A stretch of DNA of 64,000 bases from Clostridia bacterium. Lineage in GTDB: Bacteria; Bacillota; Clostridia; Oscillospirales; CAG-272. Of this stretch, positions 46,701-53,605 are shown in pieces; position 1 is the stretch's first letter, and every line of letters starts with the position of its first letter. Where the stretch lies: assembly GCA_017468385.1 (NCBI GenBank), contig JAFUIQ010000032.1:71272-135271 (forward strand), written 5' to 3'. The notes below the pieces were generated by a model. That model worked only from the letters and a program-made list of their open reading frames with translations. It was not told the origin of the DNA and made no database searches. The position numbers and the translations under genes are program-made.

Positions 46701-47836
46701 GCAAAGTTATCTCTATCCCATTCCTCCTGCTCACGGACGATATCGGTGAACTGATAAAATGCAATCAAGTCTTGCTCTCTATCGAACTCATCGCTCATCA
46801 AAATGCGATACGGCGTGCCCGAAAGGTGAACGGTCACATTGACATCGAATTCCTTCGTGCTTTCCAAAATATCCTCAACAGCATATTTTTCTTCCTTGGA
46901 AAGCTTCTCGCCTTGACTTGCACGAAGCACAGCACCGTATTTCTCGGCTCTCGCGCCAAAGTGTGTTTCATCGACGAGAAGGAGATCAATCTTGCGGCCG
47001 AAAATCTGAGCGTGCTTGTCCTTAATATTCTCGCCTTGAAGATCCTGCAAGGTTAAGAACACAACGACCTTTTTCGGTGCGGTGGGGTGATCAAGAGTAT
47101 CGGTAATGATGCTATAATTGTTTTCCAAATCGGCAGAAGAGAAAAACTCATACTCGTTTCTGAAGTTCTCGGCACTCTCTACCGTTTTTCTCCACTCATC
47201 GCGAACATCGGCTTTTGCGGAAACTACCACAACTAGCTTTGCACCCATTTCCTTCGCACAGCACATGGAGGTGAAGGATTTACCGAAACGCATTACGGCG
47301 TACATAAGCAGATGCGTTCTGCCGTTTGCTACGGCTCTCTTAAACGCATCTATGGTTGCCTGCTGATTCGGACGAGGAAACCACATGCCCGTGGAGGCAT
47401 ATTTCTCGGTAGTCGGCAGTTGTGTAGTGGCATCATAATAATGATATTTACCTGATTTTCTGTGGTAGTCGTCGTGAATATCTGTGATTGCTTCTTCCAC
47501 ATCACCTACGGTCGCTTCTCTAAAGAATTCTCGCGAATAGTAAACTCCTTCAGGGAGATCGGTTTCTGCAAGACGGGTTCTATGTTTTTCCGATTCCAAG
47601 AAGTAATGCACAGCAAAGTCACGGAAATACACATCATCCGCAATTCTCGCACTACCCTCAAACTTCTGTTCAAGATTCGGGAAATACTCTCGCCATTCGC
47701 TGAGTCGCTTGGACACAGGACGGTAGGTATCGCCAACCTTCAGATAATTCGGGATCGTATTCGTGGTAAAAGCATATATATGAGGTTCTACGCGACCTGT
47801 TATTAAGCTGTCAAGTATGCTTAAGTCTTTCATCAT
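43769..47836 (-). CDS. Fusion protein: T5orf172/GIY-YIG-like N-domain + SF2 (ResIII/DEAH) helicase + N6-adenine DNA methyltransferase (Eco57I-like) + C-terminal region (Type ISP/IIG-like R-M enzyme)
   Basis: The N-terminus (HIYAFTTNTIPNYLKVGDTYRPVSKRLSEW...REFF) resembles T5orf172. Helicase motifs are I (MRFGKSFT), II (LLVDETHFG) and VI (QAVFRLQN). MTase motif I-like is VLDIAGKAGEF and motif IV is VGNPPYQ. 1355 aa. Confidence 0.8.
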   Translation of the reverse strand: MMKDLSILDSLITGRVEPHIYAFTTNTIPNYLKVGDTYRPVSKRLSEWREYFPNLEQKFEGSARIADDVYFRDFAVHYFLESEKHRTRLAETDLPEGVYYSREFFREATVGDVEEAITDIHDDYHRKSGKYHYYDATTQLPTTEKYASTGMWFPRPNQQATIDAFKRAVANGRTHLLMYAVMRFGKSFTSMCCAKEMGAKLVVVVSAKADVRDEWRKTVESAENFRNEYEFFSSADLENNYSIITDTLDHPTAPKKVVVFLTLQDLQGENIKDKHAQIFGRKIDLLLVDETHFGARAEKYGAVLRASQGEKLSKEEKYAVEDILESTKEFDVNVTVHLSGTPYRILMSDEFDREQDLIAFYQFTDIVREQEEWDRDNFAKDEPKEEWENPYFGFPQMIRFAFNPNESARKRMAALRESGMSDAFSALFKPKSVGRADDGSHKLFVHEQEILELLEVIDGSKEDEELLGFLDYDKIKDGKMCRHIVIVLPYCASCDAMEALIRGNADKFKNLNDYEIINISGVDNPNRYKKPSDIKKAISTCEAQGKKTITLTVNRMLTGSTVPEWDTMLFLKDTSSPQEYDQAVFRLQNQYIKTFVDENGETIKFNMKPQTLLVDFDPDRVFVMQEQKAQVYNVNTDEAGNSKLRERIEEELRISPVIVMNKDKIVQITATDILKTVSEYSKSRGVAEETVEIPVDMSLLDIAAIRAAIERENELGSKAGLTIKGADGDGDYLDTPDDTEQADTTGGTDTTTETDTPTGEPADTTQAEEKTKDAVKQFRSYYARILFFAFLTKNTVISLSDIIDCIDEPNNARIARNLGISKVVLEGMLAHADKFVLSRLDYKIHNLNQLSHDDSVEPIKRASVSVQKFGKLGESEVITPKHICKDMIDMIDDADLRAVIDSGNKVLDIAGKAGEFALAVFEKYIALGYDKEALKDAIYTIPTSGITYEFTRMIYEILGLNVDNIASKFTSYNLLEVKDEDGDIDYTKIVALLRQNKPFDSIRMNDEITEGDEIVNFDIAVGNPPYQEEGFNNGRKLPIYDSFMDISYTISQQAVLITPARFLFEAGQTAKDWNRKMLNDEHFKVMMYEPDASTIFSNAEIKGGVAISMRDSKKKCGKIGVFTAYTELNSILKKVSTAEEGKVKLDSIISSQGIYRFSDKLFVDHPEVETLSGNGTGAKIISKIVDSLPTVFMDAPGTGTACVKFLAKTKAGREFKYIRREYLQDNSYLDTFNVMIPESNGSGAFETLVAPLIAAPGEGSADTFISMGLFATEAEAECLRKYIKTKFARALLGVKKVTQHNPKATWEYVPMQDFTAASDIDWSKTISEIDAQLYAKYNLTAEEIAFIESMVKEME

Positions 47837-47846
47837 AATGCTCCAA

Positions 47847-48824
47847 TCAATCTTTTTTCAGGAGGGACACGAAGGTAACCTTCTTGTTTGCCTTCCAATC
47901 CTTAATGATACAGTAAACACCTGTGTGTGTATAGGGATTGTTCTTGGCACATCCGGGGCAAGGCTGTTTCTCAGTGTTCGTGTCGAACAAGGAGAGTTGC
48001 CCATCATCTATCTCTTTGCAACTTTCGGGGATAACGAATTTCAAACCGTCCATCTGCCATATATTCCACGAGAGGATTTCGGCGATTTTTTTGAGAATGT
48101 CGATGCCGGGTTCTTTATCAAACTTCGCTTTGTAGTAGTCAATGAAGGTAAAGAGCAGGTTTTCTCGTGCCAGAAGCACATTATCGCCCTGCCAATCGTA
48201 GCCGTAGGTGTTCTGAACTGACTTGATTGCCCATTTCAGCCATTCTTTTTCTGTTTGTGTATTCTCGCTTACGACACGGAGCTTCCTGTCAAGTAATCCA
48301 ATGCGCTGTGAAAGCTCGATCATATATCCGCTGACGGTATCGTAACGGCTGACAAGGTACGGTGCTTCGCCGCAGGTGATCTCCAAACGAACATCGTTGA
48401 TATAATCTTGCCATGTCTTGCCTGTTGCCGTGGGGAACACGATCGGATCGGTGGTTGCTACCCAAGTCTTATCTATTTCTTTGTTGAACACAAAGTCCGT
48501 ACCGAACCACGCATTATCGACGAGATTATTCTGTTTGTTGCAAATCCAAGAAGGAGTGAACACCTCCGCTTTATCACGAATACGGTCGGTTTGTTCCTTT
48601 TTGGATTTTTCCGTTCTCGGCTTAATTATGTTTCCGTGATAGCCCGTGATGGTTTCAACGGTTATATGGTCGCAGCTTTGGTATCCGAAGCCACGCGAAC
48701 TATAGTTATCGGTTGCCCAAATAATGCTCTTTCCTGACGATCTATCTCGCAGAAGGATGGTCAGCAGTTCGTTATCCAAACGATAAATATAGTTTTCTTT
48801 TATGTCGATTTTGTTCTTTTCCAT
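47847..48824 (-). CDS. Hypothetical protein with N6-MTase-like motif remnants but no NPPY
   Basis: 325 aa and first gene of the operon. AEVFTPSW (motif X-like) and LEITCGEAPYL (motif I-like) are present. No catalytic (D/N)PP(Y/F) motif was seen. Confidence 0.5.
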   Translation of the reverse strand: MEKNKIDIKENYIYRLDNELLTILLRDRSSGKSIIWATDNYSSRGFGYQSCDHITVETITGYHGNIIKPRTEKSKKEQTDRIRDKAEVFTPSWICNKQNNLVDNAWFGTDFVFNKEIDKTWVATTDPIVFPTATGKTWQDYINDVRLEITCGEAPYLVSRYDTVSGYMIELSQRIGLLDRKLRVVSENTQTEKEWLKWAIKSVQNTYGYDWQGDNVLLARENLLFTFIDYYKAKFDKEPGIDILKKIAEILSWNIWQMDGLKFVIPESCKEIDDGQLSLFDTNTEKQPCPGCAKNNPYTHTGVYCIIKDWKANKKVTFVSLLKKD

Positions 48825-48832
48825 AATTGTGT

Positions 48833-49705
48833 TTACCCCAACACCTCAAGATACTGATCCAACCGCTTACTCAAATACTCCCCAAACAGCCGAGCCATTT
48901 CATCGCGGTTCTCGAACGCCTCATAATACCGCATACGGTCAGTAAACTTAATATCAATCGGCGGATAGCCAGCTTTCATCAGTTCCAAATTCACAATCAA
49001 CCGTCCGGTTCTGCCGTTGCCGTCGATGAACGGATGGATTGACTCAAATTCAACGTGCAGATCGGCAAGTTTCTCGACGATATTCCGCTTGTCTGCAGCA
49101 TATTTCTGCATCAGTTCATACATCCTCGGCTCGATCATATACGGCTGTGCAGGCTCGTTCTTCGCGCCCATAATGCGGACGGGGACACGGCGGTATACGC
49201 CGCGATCCATCGGCTTGTCGGCAAGTACGAGCGTGTGAATCTGCTTGATAACCGATTCAGACAGCGGCACCTTATCCGTCACAAGGTCGCAGATGAAGTA
49301 AAACGCGTCTTTATGACCAACCGCCTCCATGTGATCCTTCAGCGGTTTCTGATCAATGGTCAAGCCCTTCAGCACCATATCTGTTTCGCGAAGAGTGAGC
49401 GTGTTGCCCTCGATCGCATTGGAATTGTAGGTGTATTCGATCATAAAGTCTTCATTGAGACGGGCGACTTCGCCTTCGGTCAGCGGACGGCGGGTGTCAA
49501 GCTCTGCTTTTTTTCGCTCAATCTGCACGATCAGCGTTTCTTTGCTGCGGATACGCCCGTCTGCAGGCTTGGGCGCGTTATCGGGGATGTACCAGATCTT
49601 GCCCTCACGCCACGCACCGTCGATCTGGCCGTTCACGCACAGAACGCGGACACGGCGAGCGGTGATGCCCCATTTTTCAGCTGCTTCATGTGTTCTCATT
49701 GCCAT
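48833..49705 (-). CDS. Fic/DOC family protein with an N-terminal HTH (Fic1)
   Basis: Fic motif HPFIDGNGRTGRL. The N-terminal AAEKWGITARRVRVLCVNGQIDGA is an excisionase/MerR-like HTH. Confidence 0.88.
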   Translation of the reverse strand: MAMRTHEAAEKWGITARRVRVLCVNGQIDGAWREGKIWYIPDNAPKPADGRIRSKETLIVQIERKKAELDTRRPLTEGEVARLNEDFMIEYTYNSNAIEGNTLTLRETDMVLKGLTIDQKPLKDHMEAVGHKDAFYFICDLVTDKVPLSESVIKQIHTLVLADKPMDRGVYRRVPVRIMGAKNEPAQPYMIEPRMYELMQKYAADKRNIVEKLADLHVEFESIHPFIDGNGRTGRLIVNLELMKAGYPPIDIKFTDRMRYYEAFENRDEMARLFGEYLSKRLDQYLEVLG

Positions 49706-49759
49706 ATATCTGCACCTCTTCGTCTGTAAGAGTAGAAATGATTATAATATATCAGTATG

Positions 49760-49788
49760 ATTATAGCACACTATCGGCACAATGTCAA
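49760..49788 (-). promoter_or_regulatory. Consensus promoter of Fic1
   Basis: On the minus strand, TTGACA (49788-49783), 17 bp spacer, TATAAT (49765-49760). The spacer contains TGCCGATA, which also occurs upstream of Fic2. Confidence 0.65.
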
Positions 49789-49948
49789 TGATTTGAGGAA
49801 TAATAGTTACAAATCTTCGGTATGTTGCAAAAAACGAGAATGATCGATTTGAGCAATAAAAAAGCGGAACTCCGTATAAGAACTCCGCGTGATAAAACTA
49901 TTCTATTTTCCATTTTTGAAATATTGCTTATTTTGGTAAGCAGCAGTT

Positions 49949-50614
49949 TTAGTTGTTCCCCTCAACCTCACCGCTGTCACACTCCAACAAATCCTCCACC
50001 CGACATCCGAGCACCTTTGCGAGTGCAAGCAGCGTCACGCCGGCCGCCTTGTTGATATCCTTCGCGCGGATTTCATACTGCTGCAGTGTCCGCACACTGA
50101 TGCCGACCTTCTCGGCAAGCTCACGCTGGGAGTATCCGCTGATCTTGCGCTGTGCCTGCAGGCGAGTCGGTGGATTCTTCTTTCGGATTATACGATTGAC
50201 GGTATCCACAAACTTTTTCTCGGATGCCTCGTGCAGAGTAGGATAGAGCTTTTCGATCTCCTGCATGGTGATATGCTCACGAATCTCCTTGAAGCTCCGT
50301 CCGGTGTACCATTGATAATACGCGAGAATCCAGCCACACCAATACTGAGGTGAATAATCGTAATCAACCTCTGCTTGGGGATATTCCATATCCATTCCGG
50401 TCTTTGTCAGAACATCTATGACCAACTCCGTGCCGGATGTGCCTGACACATATTTTGGAACACCTGCGGCAAACTGTTCCGCATAGCCGGTGCCGATGAA
50501 CAGTTCAAGGAAGACGTCCATATCCATTTTACAGCGATTGGCGGCATAGTCCATCGCTTCGCCAAGACATTTCATAGCGTCGTCAAGATACTGATTATCG
50601 TAAGCGCGGATCAT
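49949..50614 (-). CDS. XRE-type HTH protein (C-terminal HTH), putative partner/antitoxin of the DUF3990 protein
   Basis: The C-terminal ISGYSQRELAEKVGISVRTLQQYEIR is an HTH_3-type motif. 20-nt overlap with the upstream DUF3990 gene. Confidence 0.7.
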   Translation of the reverse strand: MIRAYDNQYLDDAMKCLGEAMDYAANRCKMDMDVFLELFIGTGYAEQFAAGVPKYVSGTSGTELVIDVLTKTGMDMEYPQAEVDYDYSPQYWCGWILAYYQWYTGRSFKEIREHITMQEIEKLYPTLHEASEKKFVDTVNRIIRKKNPPTRLQAQRKISGYSQRELAEKVGISVRTLQQYEIRAKDINKAAGVTLLALAKVLGCRVEDLLECDSGEVEGNN

Positions 50615-51272
50615 TCGGCTTTACCTCCTCACGGATAATATCTCTCATATAAAGACCGTTCAGATCATCCTTTTCAAGCTCTGCGTTGAATGCGGCTCTT
50701 GCTTCATCGTCACGAGCTTTTCGTTTTGCGTAAAACTCCGTGTTGTCTGCCATTTCGTATGACATAAACTGAATCCTCTCAAAGGCAGCGGGACTTTTCA
50801 GCACGAACTGCTCACCGAGCTTGCCGAGCCGCATGGCATAGGAAAGCTGGGTAAGCGAGATTTCGTTATTCACAAATGCTCTCGCAAAGGAGAAGTATGA
50901 ATCGTCCGCACGGTAACCGATCACGGCATCGTAAGGTGTGAGGTCGATGAGGAAGTTTTCCCTCAGCCACTCTGCTCCCCGTTTCATAACAGGCGTGGAT
51001 ATACGGAATTTGCGATATTCCATCAGCAGAGCCAGCCAATGCAGGATGGTGTACTCATCCGAGGAGAGATTCAGGATCGCAAGACCGTCAGTGTCAATTT
51101 CGTACTTGTTTGCGTATCCATCCGTATTTTCGGTACAAGCCCATTCCTTCGCAAGTTCAAGATGCTCTGTGCAATAGAAGCCTTGCCCGTAATCGTTATA
51201 GGATTTACCTTTTCCGAACACGGGCTTCTGAATGATTTCGGGTGAACCGTGATATAAAATCAGTTTGCTCAT
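50595..51272 (-). CDS. DUF3990-like protein
   Basis: The N-terminal LILYHGS...FGKGKSYNDYGQGFYCTE pattern is typical of DUF3990. ATG 51272 has GAGGTG upstream. Confidence 0.65.
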   Translation of the reverse strand: MSKLILYHGSPEIIQKPVFGKGKSYNDYGQGFYCTEHLELAKEWACTENTDGYANKYEIDTDGLAILNLSSDEYTILHWLALLMEYRKFRISTPVMKRGAEWLRENFLIDLTPYDAVIGYRADDSYFSFARAFVNNEISLTQLSYAMRLGKLGEQFVLKSPAAFERIQFMSYEMADNTEFYAKRKARDDEARAAFNAELEKDDLNGLYMRDIIREEVKPNDPRLR

Positions 51273-51312
51273 AATCCACACCTCTATACTTCTCTGGAGT
51301 TATTCCGCTTAT

Positions 51313-51341
51313 ATTATACTCCTAAAGAAGTACAGTGTCAA
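51313..51341 (-). promoter_or_regulatory. Consensus promoter of the DUF3990/HTH pair
   Basis: On the minus strand, TTGACA (51341-51336), 17 bp spacer, TATAAT (51318-51313). Confidence 0.65.
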
Positions 51342-51467
51342 TATGTGCGCCGGAAAATTTACAATTGATTCGTTATTTCACACCTCCACCCCAAATCCGC
51401 CGCAGTAGTTGAGCCTACGCTGCCCGATAACAAACACTTTGTACGTTGGATTCGCCACACTCACCTC

Positions 51468-52118
51468 TTACTTTTTCTTTCTGCTCTTGTAGTCCCGGTC
51501 AATCTCCGCTTTCCAATCTGCCGTAAGCGGTTTCGCACACCTGACATTACAAATTGCTTCACTCATCACGGAATAATTGAGCGCGGTGCCTTCCTTGTCG
51601 CTGTGGTAGTTGACTGCTCTGTCTTTGGCAATTCCGATGTTGCTTGCCGTTTCCACAGCATCAATGTTCGCGCCGAGGAACAAGAATTCCCATCCGAATT
51701 TTTCGGTCTGCCTCTGCACCATCTTTTTTACTTTATCGGCGGTGTATCTGTGGCTTGCATTTTCCATGCCGTCGGTGGCAATCACGAACACCGTATGCTC
51801 CGGCACATCCTCGGGACGCGCGTATTTGTGGATGTTTCCGATGTGATGAATCGCGCCGCCGATTGCATCAATGAGCGCAGTACAGCCGCCCACGGTGTAG
51901 TTTTTGTCGGTCATCGGCTGAATCGCCGCAAGGTCAACTCTGTCGTGGAGCACTTCACTGACATTGTCAAACAGCACGGTAGACACAAAGCACTTGCCGT
52001 CAATCTTCTTTTGCTTTTCGATCATCGCGTTGAAGCCGCCGATGGTGTCACTCTCCAGCCCTGCCATAGATCCGCTTCGGTCAAGGATAAATACGAGTTC
52101 GGTGATGTTGTTTTTCAT
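51468..52118 (-). CDS. von Willebrand factor type A (vWA) domain protein
   Basis: MIDAS motif DxSxS (LDRSGSM) plus a downstream T and D (IATDGMEN). 216 aa. Confidence 0.85.
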   Translation of the reverse strand: MKNNITELVFILDRSGSMAGLESDTIGGFNAMIEKQKKIDGKCFVSTVLFDNVSEVLHDRVDLAAIQPMTDKNYTVGGCTALIDAIGGAIHHIGNIHKYARPEDVPEHTVFVIATDGMENASHRYTADKVKKMVQRQTEKFGWEFLFLGANIDAVETASNIGIAKDRAVNYHSDKEGTALNYSVMSEAICNVRCAKPLTADWKAEIDRDYKSRKKK

Positions 52119-52175
52119 AATAAAAACCTCTCTTTCATTTGATGCCTATATTTTACATCAAAATAAGAGAGGTTT
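52119..52175 (-). terminator. Hairpin with T-run between the ArsC-like and vWA genes; the 3' arm contains the vWA RBS
   Basis: Perfect 11-bp arms AAACCTCTCTT (52124-52134) / AAGAGAGGTTT (52165-52175). On the mRNA the hairpin is followed by TTTTATTATG. Confidence 0.45.
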
Positions 52176-52195
52176 GGTCGCATGGCAGGCGACAA

Positions 52196-52552
52196 TTATG
52201 GATTCGTTTTTTCTTTCCACTCGGCTTCCTTGAATCCTACGAGGACAAAATCTTGTCCGATAAGCAGCGGTCTTTTCACAAGCATCCCGTCGGTTGCAAG
52301 CAGATTCAGCATTTCTTCCTCGGTCATGGTTGGAAGCTTGTCTTTCAGTTCAAGCGACTTATAGAGCAGACCGCTTGTGTTGAAGAATTTTTTCAGCGGC
52401 AATCCGCTTTTCTTATACCATTCTGTCAATTCTTCGAGGGTGGGATTGTCAAGTTTTATATCACGTAGTTCGTATTCGATTTTGTTTTCATCCAGCCACT
52501 TTTTCGCCTTTTGGCAGGTGGTGCACTTGGGGTAACAGATAAATTTTAACAT
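52196..52552 (-). CDS. ArsC/Spx/YffB-family thioredoxin-fold protein
   Basis: 118 aa with an N-terminal CxxC (YPKCTTCQKAKKWL) and the GMLVKRPLL block typical of the ArsC family. Confidence 0.8.
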   Translation of the reverse strand: MLKFICYPKCTTCQKAKKWLDENKIEYELRDIKLDNPTLEELTEWYKKSGLPLKKFFNTSGLLYKSLELKDKLPTMTEEEMLNLLATDGMLVKRPLLIGQDFVLVGFKEAEWKEKTNP

Positions 52553-52556
52553 TGTA

Positions 52557-53555
52557 TCACGCTCCTAACAGACTTTGGTCAAAGGCAAACAACGCCTCGT
52601 TTATTTCAAAGATATTATAATTTCCGTTTTTGATGAAGTATTCAATGATGATGTCAAACTTATTGCTGTGCGACAGCGCAAAGCCTGCCTTCATCAGCAT
52701 ATCTTTTGTTTCGGCAAGGGAAAGTTCAAGTGAAATGGCAAAGGCAAGAACGGTCGGCTTTGAAGGCTTGTAGTTCACGTCGCTGCGGATCTTCGAGAAC
52801 AGCTTGCGGTCGATGTTTGCCTTTTTATAGCACTGTGCATCGGTCATTCCCCTCTCGTCGATCTTGCGGAGAAGCATCTCGGAAAAGCTTTCATCCATCT
52901 GTGAAAGCGCATCGTCAAGTCCACTGCCGACTGCCATTGCCTTGCACTTACAAGCATCGTCCATCGCCATAAACGGCTTCATTGGAGCGTTCATACGGAA
53001 ACGCTCACGGCGCTTATCGGTATGCTCGTCCACATAATGATCGTCAATGTATTCGGCAATGTCGGAAAACAGCTTTTCGCCGATCTGATACGCGGCTTTG
53101 TCGAAAATCACGATGTATACGGTCATCTCGTTTTCAATAAGAAAGCTGCTGATCATATCGACTGCAACCTTCAGCGCTTTGTCCTTTGGGTAGCCGTATA
53201 CCCCCGACGAAATCAGCGGAAACGCCACCGATTCACAGCCATACTCCTTTGCAAGCTGCAAGGAGGTTTTATAGCAGTTTTCAAGGAATGCCTGCTCGCC
53301 TTGATTTCCGTCCTTGTAGATTGGACCGACGGTATGTATGACGTATTTTGCCGGCAGGCGGTATCCTTTTGTTATCTTGGCACATCCCGTCTTGCAGCCG
53401 CCAAGCGTGCGGCATTCGGCAAGCAATTCCTTACCGGCGGCACGATGAATACATCCGTCCACGCCGCCACCGCCGAGCAGAGATTCATTGGCGGCGTTGA
53501 CAATCGCATCCACCTGCATTTTTGTTATATCGTTTCTTATGATTTGTAGCGGCAT
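52557..53555 (-). CDS. Macro domain (ADP-ribose binding/hydrolase) protein fused to a C-terminal HTH-like domain
   Basis: Macro motifs [23 protein letters not shown] and the [15 protein letters not shown] block. The C-terminal approximately 120 aa resemble an XRE-like HTH. Confidence 0.85.
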   Translation of the reverse strand: MPLQIIRNDITKMQVDAIVNAANESLLGGGGVDGCIHRAAGKELLAECRTLGGCKTGCAKITKGYRLPAKYVIHTVGPIYKDGNQGEQAFLENCYKTSLQLAKEYGCESVAFPLISSGVYGYPKDKALKVAVDMISSFLIENEMTVYIVIFDKAAYQIGEKLFSDIAEYIDDHYVDEHTDKRRERFRMNAPMKPFMAMDDACKCKAMAVGSGLDDALSQMDESFSEMLLRKIDERGMTDAQCYKKANIDRKLFSKIRSDVNYKPSKPTVLAFAISLELSLAETKDMLMKAGFALSHSNKFDIIIEYFIKNGNYNIFEINEALFAFDQSLLGA

Positions 53556-53605
53556 ATATTCTCCTTTTTTCGTTTCTTATTTGGTTTACTCTCGCCAACA
53601 CTCCA

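Noticed and set aside
45191-47056. 621-aa plus-strand ORF inside the helicase-methyltransferase gene.
   Set aside because: It is antisense to a gene with clear helicase and MTase motifs. It has no motifs of its own and a junk-like sequence.
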